Shown here: piece by piece, positions 49,496-62,188 of the stretch
How the letters are laid out: each line of letters starts with the position of its first letter
How positions within the stretch are numbered: position 1 is the stretch's first letter
Assembly: GCA_004764695.1 (NCBI GenBank)
Contig: SMSO01000032.1
Span: 6,790,483 to 6,854,482, forward strand
DNA length: 64,000 nt
Reading direction: 5' to 3'
Source of the DNA: Schizochytrium sp. TIO01
Lineage: Eukaryota > Protista > Bigyra: Labyrinthulomycetes
Notes under the pieces: generated by a model
Databases searched by the model: none
The model's input: only the letters and a program-made list of their open reading frames with translations
What the model was told of the DNA's origin: nothing
Translations under genes and position numbers: made by a program

Positions 49496-52400
49496 ACGCA
49501 CATGGCGCTGTAGAAGAGAAGAGGGACTTCCTTCCGCAAAGCACAGTCTTTCCAGCATAACTCGTGTGCGTCAATCTCGTCGGCAGCTAGCTAGCTACCT
49601 AGGCACACCTAGACTGCACTAGAGCAGCTGTTCTTTTGCAAGACCGATTTGGAGGAGAAAGAACGGAGTAGGCAGCGCGAACGGTCTTTCCAGGTGTTTC
49701 AAGGCACGGAGGGCAGACGTCGGCATAGCGTGGAAGGTAATCAATCTTCAGACGAAACCATGCTCCAGTTCACCGGCTCGTGCGTGCTTGTCCTCACTCA
49801 GTCCGTTTGCACTGAGTTCTCGTGGGACGCCTGCCATCTTGAAAAAAATGTAAAAGTTATCTTCGCAATGAATGAATGAATTGAGTTAATTGATTCTCAA
49901 CGACGTTCACTTTTTAAAAAAACAGGGTTGACCGCCCTTTTCAAGGCCTGTCGATGTTTCGAGGTTCTGGCGGCACGGCCCTTGTCGAGCGAAGCGATCG
50001 AGGAGAAGAGTCCTAGTTTTCTTGATATGACAGCGCTTTGCAGCTGCGCGAAGGGCGCACGGTGCTGCGAGATTGAAGTACCTCAGCCCACTTCACAACT
50101 GAACCGTGCCAGTGGCCTTGGAACAGAGGACAGATACGAGAGAGAGAGAGAGGGAACTTGAAGATCTCTCTACTAGCATCCATAACGCTCTTTCATCATT
50201 GAAACTTATCGCGACTGCTGGGCAAACAAAGAAACGCGGTTGTGGCGATGGATCAATCGCCATCCTCAGTCGAGAGCAAAGTCAAACTGAAAGAGGCTTG
50301 TTAAAATTGAAAAGAGCTTTGATTTCGCACGAGATGTCGACACGCAGTTCCTTTTATATTCTTCTTCTCACTTTCAGAAGGAAAGTGACATTCAGATCTT
50401 AGGCCACCGCCGAAATTCTTTATCCTGTCCTTCATCGTGTTGCATTTTAAGAATATTTTAAGTTTGGTCTTTAGAATTTCTAGATAGTAGATAGAGAGAT
50501 CAAAAGCATATCATTTTATATTTTTAAAAATTATTAAATGTTATTTTTCAACAATTACTCTCTCTTTATTTTGTTCTGCCTTTAAGATACAAAATGCTCG
50601 ATCGGGTTGAGTGCGTTGATAACTGTAGGGTAACTAATGAAGTTTTTTTTTTTTTTTCATAAGTTTTTTAAAATAAAGAAAACGAATAATGTTACTTTAA
50701 AGCATGAAATCAATCAACAACTCTTTTATATTAAAAATAAAATAAAAATAAAAACATATATGTTGGTACAGTTTTAATGAATAAGCATATATGCTTATTT
50801 TCTAATAATGAAATGAACACAAATAATTCTGTTGTAAAGAAACGAGGGAAAAAGAAGAAAACAAGTAAATCAGTAAAACAAATTGGTGAAAGAGTCTGGT
50901 CACGCGGAAACCTTGATAAGCTTTTCGACATAGCAGCAGTATTGGTAGCTCTCAACACTATACTATTTCAAATATCAAAGACCGTGATACGCGCATTGAA
51001 CGAAAACACGCAAACCTTGTAAATAGCTTGGGCTCACTGGCCTGTCTTATTCATTCGAAGAATATATACTTGCTAAGTTTTTCAAGCAAGGTCTTACAAG
51101 CAAAAGATGCAATTTTATAATTTCATGGCGGTAGGAGTCATTTGCGAAGGCAAATGGCTCATATTCAAATTCCCCCTGCAATTTGTTAAGTTATTCATCC
51201 TCCTCGTCTCTATAAGTAAATATGGTGTGACGAATACTCTTCCTCCGAGATACAATCCAAGTAAGTACATAAGTCACCACATATCTATTTTCCCATATTG
51301 ATTGTGGCGAAAAGTGAAAAATAGAAATTAAAAAAATCTTTCCTGAAGACTCTAGTCGGATGGCAGCAATATCAAGTTGAGTTGACGTGTCTGTTTATGC
51401 TTAGCTTAGAATAAACAACATCGAAGTGTCTAATTTTTCTTTCCAACGCCTGAAGTTATGACTTATCATTGTCATCGGAAAAGGAGCATGGTGCTACGGA
51501 GTTGAGCAAAGGACGCTCAGCAATTTGCTGTCCAAACGAAACTTTCTTCAGGGACGAGTTACCCACTCTTGAAGTTTTGCCCTGCTTTATCGATTGGCGC
51601 CCCTCCGTAAACCTCAAGAATAAACTTATGCTGAGGAGCAGGCGTACGTGCGTGCGTGCGTGCATGCGTCACGTATTTTGGACTGAGCTGGATGCTTCAC
51701 AGACTACTTCGAACCCCAACACATTGTTTGGAGCCTCTGATTTCGTGGGACCATCCAAAAAAGCTAACAGCTTCTTTGGTGTAATGCACACTGCTCCCCT
51801 TCGGGTTGAATTGTAAAATCTCTTCTGAGTGTTTTTATTTTCCTTCCTTCTCTTCATTCCCATAGATCAAAGAGCAGCCAGCATTTAGAAAAGTAGGTAC
51901 GAAATGATCCTGGATTGAATCAAAGCAGCCGCACAAATCGAGATACTGATTCCAGATTCTGGCGTCTGCATGGTACATTGCAACTTGGTAGACGTGATTC
52001 TTTCTAGTTTCTTGTGTTGATTTTTTTGTAACGCTGAGCTTATGATCTGATGAACATAGCTTGCATTACTGATCGCGCAAGTGAAATAAGTGCTTAGCAT
52101 TTTTTTTGGGGGGGGGATTAGTTCAACTGAGCTCTAGCTTCATCTGATGCTGCCAGTTTTATACGTGATTTTCGACTTCACTTTAGTTTACCAGCTTTGC
52201 GTGGACTGGTATTGCCTAGATCTTTCATGTTGGGACGTCTCAGGCGAGATTTGACGGAAAGACAGGTTCTCTTTCTCGCCGTTTGAGGAGTGTGGTCTCA
52301 ACAGAAAAGACATTTAAAAAAAAAACACTAACCACAGGAATTGGAAATCAATCTACCTTCTTTCTCTTCAGCAGTCGATCGATGCTGACCACTTTCCCTC

Positions 52401-54526
52401 TGTTTCACGGGGTCAGGTTCCTCGTGGACATTGCGCAACTCGCTTCCCTAGTTTGCCAAGTGTCCAAGCGGGCCAAGCCGTCCAGCTTTCCTCAACTAGT
52501 TGCTGCAGCCAGCCACCTCTCTAGACAACCTCAGTGTGAAGGCCACTTGTTCATCTCCGCGAAGGATTTGGAGCTGATAAGTCCGTAGGTAGGTGTCCTT
52601 CAAGAACATCGACGCAAGGAGTTTAAGAACTTGAAGAAGAGGACTTTGCTTTGAAGAATGATGGAGCCAAGGAATCAAGAAGTGAAAGATTTAAGAAATT
52701 AAAGAATGAAGAAAGACGCTCATGCTTATGCATACGACACAGTGAAAGACAAGTTGGCGGCCTGCGAGCCAGATCTTAGGGTCCATGGTGGATGCATAAA
52801 TCGCGAAAGACTCACCGTAGACTGGACTGGACGAATTGAACGCTCTCTGCCTCGCCAACAAGAACTCAATTGCGAGCACCCACCAAGACCGAGGACGAGA
52901 AAAGGCTGCCTATTTAGGTGAAGACATGCATTGCAAAATCCAGTCAGAGCCAACTTTTCCCTTCGGTGAACGGAGAAGGCTAAATAACCATATCCACCAA
53001 GCAGTAGCTGGCCTTAGCAGGTGCTAGCGCAAATTCTCGAATTAATGCGTTTTCCGTTCATTTGCATTTGCTCATCAAATTTAGAACATCAATAACAATA
53101 CTTCTACTAATAGTAAAATAATGTCCCATCGCCAATCGGAGAGAGGAAGTCCTTCAGGCAATATTCAGCTCTGAGAGCTTGTTAGATGAAAACCGACTGG
53201 TCCGCTTGCTGATCAATCGCTCTCTTCTCGGGCGCCTGTACCCGGCTGGCTTGCTGTGCTTTCGCGTCTGCATCCAAGCCCAGGCCTTGCCAGTTTGTGG
53301 GCCGTCTCTTCTGGGATCGCACAGGAAAACCCAAACTTGCCCTAGGACGCATCGTTTTCATCGCCTGCTTCTCCAGGCTCGCGCTCGCTCGCTAGCTCGC
53401 TCTGCGCTCAAAACTTCAGGTAAAGCCGCAGAGCGAACTTGAGGCAAAGAAGAAAGGCGCAGCAGAGCGTCAAAGTCGAATGCACTTGGCCATGCACTTG
53501 GCCAAATGAACCCAATCTAAACAGCTGCGGTACCCACGCTGCTGGTGCACCGGCTGTCCCAACAGTAGTTTGCGCCAAGTCTCGCCGCTTTCAAAGTGCC
53601 CACGAAACGCCAGCAGGAAAGAACTTGTGTGAACTGAGAGATTTTCTCCGCCTAGTGACGGTTTCTTTGGCTCACCTGCCTGGCAACGCGATGTTGCCGG
53701 GTCCATCCATGCCGGGGCGACCTTCTTCGCTGCGTAGCCAAGCAATCGAGCTGGCACGGCTGCAAGCAAGCAAACGAACATCATCGGGCGAGCGAAGCCC
53801 GCACGTAAAGGTCAAGGAAAGAATTGGCTCATGAGACAGACTTCACTTTGTGTTGATATGAATGATAGGTGATATGATATGATATGAGGGATGGTACTAC
53901 TTAGACAGACAAACAAACAGACAGGCAGACAGACACCTAAAACCAAATGCACGCATACGCACTCGCTCAGAAAAGCAGATTTGAAGAAAGCTGCTTGGTA
54001 GCGTATTGGGGGAACTTCTTCGCCATGGGTTCGAAGAAGCTGCATCGAGATACTTCCTTACTCGAATGCCTCCCGTGGCGTTCATAGGAAAGGCCTGGAG
54101 ACCGAGACCGCAGAAACTTCAACTTGAATTGAAAGGTACAGTGTACTTATGGGCTCCCTCCCTCTCCTTCAGGTGGCACAACTCGCTGAGGTTTCAAGTA
54201 ATGATACTCGTAAACCAAAGTGTCCGTCCTCGACGCAGGTTTTAGCGCAGTCTTTGCATGGCTTGCAAAGAAACTCGTCGGAACTGCACCGCCATTTATG
54301 CTTTGGGTCAATTCCAAGGCAGTTAGTTTCCAAGGAGATGATTGTCCATTTGCCCTGTCTCTCCCCTCAACTTCATTCGTTGAAAAGTTCCTTCTTTCTG
54401 CAAGTGGGCTGGGTGCGTGGAGTCGCCTCGACGTTGCAAGACGACCTCAAGATCTCCTGCGCTGTCTATACGCACTGGTGCGCCCATGGCCCGGCCTGCT
54501 TCTCTTTTTTCTTTTCTTTAAATAAT

Positions 54527-54534
54527 GTTGTTGA

Positions 54535-54568
<34 letters not shown>

Positions 54569-54569
54569 G
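54527..54569. repeat. (GTT)n microsatellite
   Basis: Direct reading. Confidence 0.95.
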
Positions 54570-57500
54570 AGATAGACTATGCGAAGATAGATATTCCTAC
54601 TTCAGTAAATGTCGTTTATTTTTAACATCTTAATTTTTTAGTTTAAAAAATAAAATATGAAAAGCTTTTAAGTAAGCCACTGATGAAAAGGTTATTTTGA
54701 AGGCTGTGGTTGCAAATTCTGAATAAGTCTGTGAGGTATCTGATCAATTGAAATGACGCCCTCGTCATGTGCTATATTACTATGATTATTATTATTAATG
54801 TTCTTGATTTCTGCTAAATATAAAGGTGTCTATTTATGAATAAAAATATAAACACGAAGAGCCCGTCGCCATGTGGGTATCTTCGGTATTTCCTAGCTAG
54901 AGGTAATCATACCTAAGACTGTTCGACTAACTCGAGCTTTTGCGAGAGAGAATTTCGGGAACTTTAGGGACCACTTTTAGTTTCAGGGGCGAAGAAGAAT
55001 AAAGAGAGAAATTTCTGCATACAGGTCCTCTTCCTCTTTTCCCACATCATCTCTCTGCTATTATTCTGGAGCTAATTATCCTCATTTCATTGGCTTCGAA
55101 TAGAACGAGAGAGAGAGAGAGAGAAAGAAAGAAAGAAAGAAAGAAAGAAAGCAGAAACACCTTCACCTTCAAACAAACCAATCGAGTTGCCACAACCATT
55201 GTGCAAACGGCGCATTTGCAATTCCATTTGAGTCTCCGCGTATGTCCCCTAATTCGAACTGGGCTCGAAAGGATGCCTCTCAGCCGTTTATGACTCATGT
55301 GTGCCCCAATCAGGCCTAATTTTAGGTGATGCATGCGTGCGGACTCAAGAAGATCGCGCGTTGACAAAGTCAGCCTTCCTCCGCCAGCACCCGTAGAGTG
55401 CCTGTTCTTGCGAAGCTTCCTCACTCCGGCAGCGGCTTGGATATCCATCCACCTTGGAATGGATCAGCCAATCAACCAGCTTTTCGAAAGGCTTCTGAAG
55501 CTGGACTTCTTCTTCAAGTGATAACAACATAACCGTTCTAAGGGAGGATTGGTCTTGAACGAGTTCTTTATGAGTTGGTTCTGATGCGAACAACGAATGG
55601 GATTACGAATGAACGAGGTCTTTAGGTGAGTTGGTTCCTAGGACGGGGCAAGGTTCTTTTCTTTGTGTCACTGCGATTCTCGAGCCCAAAACCGGGGCTG
55701 GCGCCAGCTTCCCGACAAATGCTGGAGGAGGGGAGCCGCGACATTGCTGGTTTACGCACACGGATACCTAACCCGATGCACCACGTTGCAAAGCCCAAGG
55801 ATTAGGTTTGCTGGCAAGCTTTCATTGTTATGCAGCTGGTTCTTTATTTGTTGAGAAAGAAACCGCAAAGTCATCGCGAAACGGATCTGCTGAACCGAAC
55901 TAGAGAAAAGAAAAGAATGCTTTGGTGTTATTTCTTTCAGAACTTGCGGCTGCGTCGAAGGGAGTTCTGTTTACTTGCACGTTGCGAGTGGATGGTTGCT
56001 AACCTTTTAAGAGATGCCGACCTTCTTCTCGATCGCGCCTAGACGAGCGTGCCTCGCTCTGTTACTTCGCCGTCGACAGCGAGGACCTCTTTCGCAGGCT
56101 TCAAGCGCACACTGAAGAACTCAGGTGGATATCTTGTGTGTAGAAAACTAAAGGGCACCCCCCGTAAGCACAAGCTCTGCAACGAGATTTCGACGCTCTG
56201 AGCTGCGCTTAGGGCGGTGAGGACTTGCCCGCTCCGTCTGCAAACGGCTGCTCTTCGCTCAAGTTGGCAGTCCTGGGAATACTGGGAATACTGGGTCCGG
56301 AAGACGTTATTTCCATGAAACTTTGGCTCAAGAGTAACTCTTGCAAGCTTTACATGATGCAGTTCAATAATACTGACACTATGTCTGTTTTCCAGTACAG
56401 GTCCTCGTAATTCAGAGGTTCTGTTCTTCCGACGGCGTGATTCGTGATCCTTTTGGCTTTGGGCTATTTGGGCTTTTCGACTGAAAGCCTCGATTACCTG
56501 ATCTTGATCATATGCCTATCTCATCTCTTTAGGGCTCTTCAGGCGCACCTGAAAACTTGGCTCAAAGTATGAATTGAACTGCCATTTAGACGATATGATC
56601 TACCAGGAAAGAAGAACGTATGAAGGACGATGGTATATGCATCATCAGGCGAGTTTTACAGAATAGGACAGAGACTATTCAAGACCGAACGTTCGCTTGG
56701 CGAAAGGAAGCAAGCAAGCAAGCAATCAAGGCGTCTCAGAAAGTTGGCGACTCTGCCCTAATTGGCGGCAGAAATAATTACTGCCCGTGGTGATTTTCGT
56801 TGCTCAAGTACAGCGCGTTACGACCTGTTTTGTGCTTTTTAAAATAGAAATTACATCGATGCATTTTTCTCCCTCTTGTTTCTGAATATTCTTCCTTCGC
56901 ATTAATTCTCTAGAGAGAGCAGGTAATAAGGAGCTACTATTATATGCTGGCTCAGCAGACATAGCCAATCTGCCTTCTTTTTTTATTTTTTTAATAAATT
57001 AATTATATTTTAAAAAATAAAATAAAAAACAGATAATAACTTTATAATAGTAAATTAAAAATCATCTTGTGCTAAAAGTTGCGGTGTCATAACTTCTTAA
57101 AGTACCACAATTTCGGTCTAAAGTTTTAAACTATTATAACAATAAATTATCATTTCTAAGTATTATTTTTCAAAGAAGAGCATGATGCTCTCCCTTTAAG
57201 TTGAGTTTATTTATTTATATTAAATCAATAGAGCTTCTTTTTCTCTGAGGTAGAAGACAAAAGAGAAAAAGAGAAAGTACTACGACACTACTATGTTCAC
57301 CCTTACTAACACTTGTAACTAAGACTTTGGTAATGACTTTTCCTCCTTCCTTTTTTTCGACATCGATTTGAGGGATAATAGCGAGACTAGCACGCCTTAT
57401 AGGTACTCAATTTCATAGCTGGATGAGAGTACGAATAGCTTACTCGAGGAAAATGCGCTCTTTGGAATTGCGAAGCGGAGCCTTGCAACAACGAGTACTA

Positions 57501-59300
57501 CACATCCACGCTCATGCTGATCGCCACTGTTAGCAAAAAAAAGAGCACCACGAGTGAAAAAAACAAAGAAAACAAAACAAAGCAAAACTACAAAACAATA
57601 AATAAACAAATAAATAAACAAATAAATAACGTCTCCTACTCCGAGCCAGGCTACTCATGTATCGCCATTCAAGCAAGTTGCCTGAGGCAGCGAATCTTTG
57701 CGAAGCGATTCCAAATGTTTGTTAAAAGAGAGCATTCAAGCTCCCAGAGAGAGAGCCTTTGCGCGGATTTTTGCGGTACGAATGAGGAAGTTGCTTCATA
57801 TCATCAAACTCCGACTTCCGAGTTAAAATGTATCGCGGAAATCATCATACTCTTTTGGCGATCTTCTTTTAAACAGTTCACTGGGAATAGTGAGGACTGC
57901 AACGCTTATTACGAGTTGAGGGGGCGACAGATTCGATTCAGTCTAGAGAATGATTGAATTCGATGATCAGGCACTCAAGATAAGCGCTTGATCGCATGAA
58001 GTCTAAGGTTTCTATCCGGACCAATTTAAGAGAGCTATGATCAAATTTGAGGCACCAACCACGATTGAGTATAACTTTGGTATGGCTTACCATACGATTG
58101 AAATCAAGCTGGAAGAGCTAAATCCATGTTGAATCATGCGTGATTCGTCATGTAAGCTTGTCCTCTCAAAGATTACATTGACGGGGAAGGCAATTGAAGA
58201 AACCAATATTAATTACTCAGTGGTTTTCGTTTTTTTAATTTGGGTGGTGAGGGCGATTAGACCAACGCTTTAGAAGGACCATGATTGCCTCCACGATTGC
58301 CTCCACGATAAAGATCAAGTAAGCCATACGGCGTTGGATGCACATCTCATGTCAGCCTCTAGATTTTCTATGGAATTCCTCTTTTGCCCACTAGGCCCAC
58401 CAACTTTAAACAAACCCAAACGTCGAGAATGAATTATAAGTTAGTTATTTCTCAAAATCCTTTCAATGCTGGTGTCGATCTCCTTTCGTAAACAGCAGGA
58501 AGGCAACTCGGAGCGGGTTCCAAGTTTCGGCTTTCTTCAAGTTGTTTGTTTTATCTTGTTGGGTCTGTCTGCTGCTTACTAATCAGGCCACGGACCTCCT
58601 ACCTCGTAAGCGGAAAGTAGCACGGTCCTGTCGATTCTTGTCCCTCCTCAATCGAGTAAAGTGTCCTCGTTTCCACCTTTGCGCTGACTTCGTACACTCG
58701 AGTACATGGCTATCTTTCATTCCTTTTTCTTTCTTTCTTTCTTTCTTTCTAAACGTTAAACAAACAGAGGCCCCAAAGCGTGGAGGACTGGTCTAGCTAG
58801 CTAACAAAACTGAACGGAGGGAATGCATGGCGATGAAGAGAGAGGAAGAAAGACAGACAGAAAGAAAATAGACTTGAAAAAAAGGGAAAGAAAGAAGGGA
58901 AAGAAAGAAGGGAAAGAAAGAAAGAAAGAAAGGCTTAAGATCCATTTGGGGCGAACTCATGACCCGGCTCTCGTCTCGCCAGTGTTTCCTCTGCTTGGCT
59001 TCAGCTTTCATCTTCTTTTCAAGTTGTTTCGGAGGATAGTCTTTCAGAACCTGTCGGTCCCCGTGGATACTCAGGTGCGTAGGGTACCTACTGCCTGCCC
59101 ATCCGACTGATCGTCGTGGCCTTGCCTGATGAAAAGCGATGGAGAAGGCGGAGCCTTATGGCGGAGCGCGATGGTTTGAAAGGGTTTCGCAAACTTTCAA
59201 GAGAAGAAGATCTTCGTCAGCGTTTAGATTGTTGTCTCACCTTTTCGTCGTCGTTGCCCTGATTTCGAAGCCTTTTGAAGTTCCGTTCTTTTTTTGTTTT

Positions 59301-59360
59301 GCAAGAAAAGGTAAGAAAAGGTAAGAAAAGGTAAGAAATGGTAAGAAATGGTAAGAAATG
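59301..59360. repeat. 10-bp minisatellite (GTAAGAAAWG) x5-6
   Basis: GCAAGAAAAG, GTAAGAAAAG x2, GTAAGAAATG x3. Confidence 0.92.
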
Positions 59361-60170
59361 AAAGAGGCGTCGGGTGCACGCGAGACAATAAAGTCAGGAA
59401 GTGAACGTCTTTCACAAACGCTATTTAAGCGAGCAGTAAGCAAGGGTATTCCCTCCTTTGAATACCTTTTACGTCTCTGCCTCGGCCGCTGCAGGAGGAA
59501 AAGATCTGTACTGACTTCGCTTCATAAGCTTTTCTCATTTCTTCTTTTTTAATAAGTTTCTTTTTTTTTTTAATTAGAGCATCTTTCTTTTCTTTTCTTT
59601 TCTTTTCGGTAAAGAAGAGAAAAAAAGAAAAGGGAAGGACAGACAGCAGACAGTTCATCCGCCTCATTTCTTTCTTTCTCTAGAGTTTAATATATTTCAA
59701 TTGCAAACGATCTTCTTTGAACAAATGGTTTCTTTTTATGGAGTGGAAGGTACGACGTACACATATCGTGTATAAGTTTCATGGGGATTGAGGTGAAAAA
59801 TCCGATCCAAGCAGCAGTAGGTTTAGAGGACAAGATAATTGCTTTCAAGTCTCTCAACGAGATACATGAGAAACAGCACAGCACAGCACAGAGTACGCTG
59901 CCTGCGCAAAGTGCAAGACCGTCCTTCCTACCTATCGCCTCGTGCTCAGAATCTGTCAACTTGGCTCCCTCTGGGACCTGTATCCACAGGTAAAGAGGTT
60001 TCGACCGAGAGACTTTTGTCCTGCAGTCGCTTTGGATCAATCATCAATCAGTCGAGCACTTCGTTCACCATTACGCCACGATAGAGCAGGTAGAAAGAAA
60101 AAGCGTGTAAACAGACACCAGAAAGTATAAATCGAAGGAAAGGAAATCAAACAAATACTATGATATATGA

Positions 60171-60220
60171 AAGCAAGCGAAAGCAAACAAAAGCAAGCGA
60201 AAGCAAGCGAAAGCAAACGA
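60171..60220. repeat. 10-bp minisatellite (AAGCAARCRA) x5
   Basis: Direct reading. Confidence 0.85.
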
Positions 60221-62145
60221 GGAAAAACTGAGAGTAAACCAAAGTAAACGAAAAAAAGAAAGGAAAAGAAAAAGTAAACGGGAATAAAACGAAAGCAAAC
60301 GAAAATTAAAAGTGAAGACGTGGTGGTCCCACCTTCCTTTCTTTCTTTTTTCTTTCGAAACACACTCTGCGAAAATAAAAGAGAGAGAAGGTTACTACCT
60401 ACTTAATATATACTCTATGGGCAAACACCACCTAGTTTTGAGGGACTCGTGAAAGACAGCGGCACCTGCCACAAGTGGTAAAGTTATGTGTATATAGATA
60501 TTATTTATTATTTATTTTATTTTTTAATGGAATATTGAAAAAGTTATACCAAGAATAATAACAATGATAAATAGCATTGATAATTGTAGGCAAAGGATCC
60601 CGAAGCAAGCTCATCGACTCACAAATTTATTCATGACTCGTCGATCGATCTATTGAACCCTTCTTCAACAACAATGTCGTGCGTATCGAAATCCCCATTC
60701 AAAGGTCAAGCATTTCCAAGAAAGGCAAGTACTCCCGCTCCAAATAGGGTCTTAAATCTGTCCTCAAGCTTCTCAGTCGTTTCCCGAACTGAATCACTTA
60801 GTTTAAAAAGAAAAAAAGGAGGGCGAAGCCCAGGCGTGAAAAGGGTTCAATCCCGCGAGAGGACACGGTGAACGATTGATTGCATTGGCTTCGTTCTCCT
60901 TCGTGAACCCAACCCAAACAGTCAGTACAGGCAAGCGAAGAGAACAGGCAGAGGCCGAGGATTGACCTTTTCCAAAGCAAAGCAAAGTTTCTGTCCTTGT
61001 GATAACATCTTCCTCGAATAGCTGTTTGGTCTCAAGGTACGACAACATGACAAATTGTAACAAAAAATCATCGAAAATGAGAGGTCTCAGCTTTGTTTCG
61101 TCAAGCCTGGAGCAGAAACCACCGCACGGACATTGTTTTGTCCTTCGGTCTCAGCTTTCGCTCTTCTGGACAACTGCGATCGATCTCAAGGCGGCATGTG
61201 AATGATCAACTTTAGGACAGACGTTAGATTTCACGCACCGGAAACGAGCGTGGCTTCAGTACGCCGCCTCGAGCTTTTGCATGCATTCTTGAACTCCTTG
61301 TGCAAAGCAAAGCGTACTGGCGGGATAAATAAAACCAAGCTATAGCTATAACTTGGTCCAACTCTGTGAACTCTGTGAGCACCTTCAGGACTTCCACCCT
61401 CCGCCAAATTGAAGGTCCCCGTGGGGTTTTATGGACCTAACTAACCCTGGCCTCGCTTGGTCCGGGATCATCGCAAGTGAGCAGCACGAGGTTCCTGCCT
61501 TTTGTTGCTGTCCTTCACTGGGTTTGCGGTGATGTGTTCCCAACGCCAAAGTGACACGGAAGGGACTTACTCGTGAGAATGGCTGTTTTCGTGGGCCCAT
61601 CGGCCGCTGCGGCGGGTTTTCTGCGATCTTTGCCCAAAGCCACCGCTCAAGCGTATGCAAATGGGACTGATCAGACACTCGGTGTTCGTAACGCCGCCCG
61701 CCCACCAAACTAAGGAGTGGCCTGCGGCAGTCTGCGCGCCTTGGATCGAAGTAGGTGTGCTCGCCTGGGTTTCATCTTGCTCTTGCTCTTGCTTGAGCTC
61801 GGTTTCACCTGCACGATTCACACCTCCTCGCACGCCCGCCTGACCTCGTTCGAGTGAGCGAGCGCGGTGTACCTGTTTGCGATCGGCGCTCGCGATGCGC
61901 GCCCCTCTCCTACCTTCGTCCTGCGGAGCCTGCTCGTTTCGTTGTCCTTGCCTGCTGTCCCACACAGGTAGGCGCCGAGGTACGCTCGATGCCCTGGACC
62001 GCCTCGAGAAAGCGTCGTGAAACCCAGAGAGCGGCGGTGGACATGGTGTCTTCCGCGACGCTGGTTCAGCTGAAGCGCCTGGCCACGAGTCTGGACAAGA
62101 CAACCGCGAGCGTCAACTCCAGCTAGCTAGCTATCTGTAGCTGGG

Positions 62146-62188
62146 CTGCTTTACTTTGCTTTGCTTTGCTTTGCTTTGCTTTGCTTTG
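62146..62188. repeat. (GCTTT)n pentanucleotide repeat
   Basis: Direct reading. Confidence 0.92.

Noticed and set aside
58006-58131. Short protein-like open stretch GFYPDQFKRAMIKFEAPTTIEYNFGMAYHTIEIKLEELNPC (similar stretch near 46681-46857)
   Set aside because: Under 60 codons, no family motif and no clear splice signals; within chance expectation.
60825-60865. GGGTTCAATCCC as a tRNA T-arm (also GTTCGAATCC near 49256)
   Set aside because: No 5-bp T stem, acceptor stem, D arm or anticodon arm.
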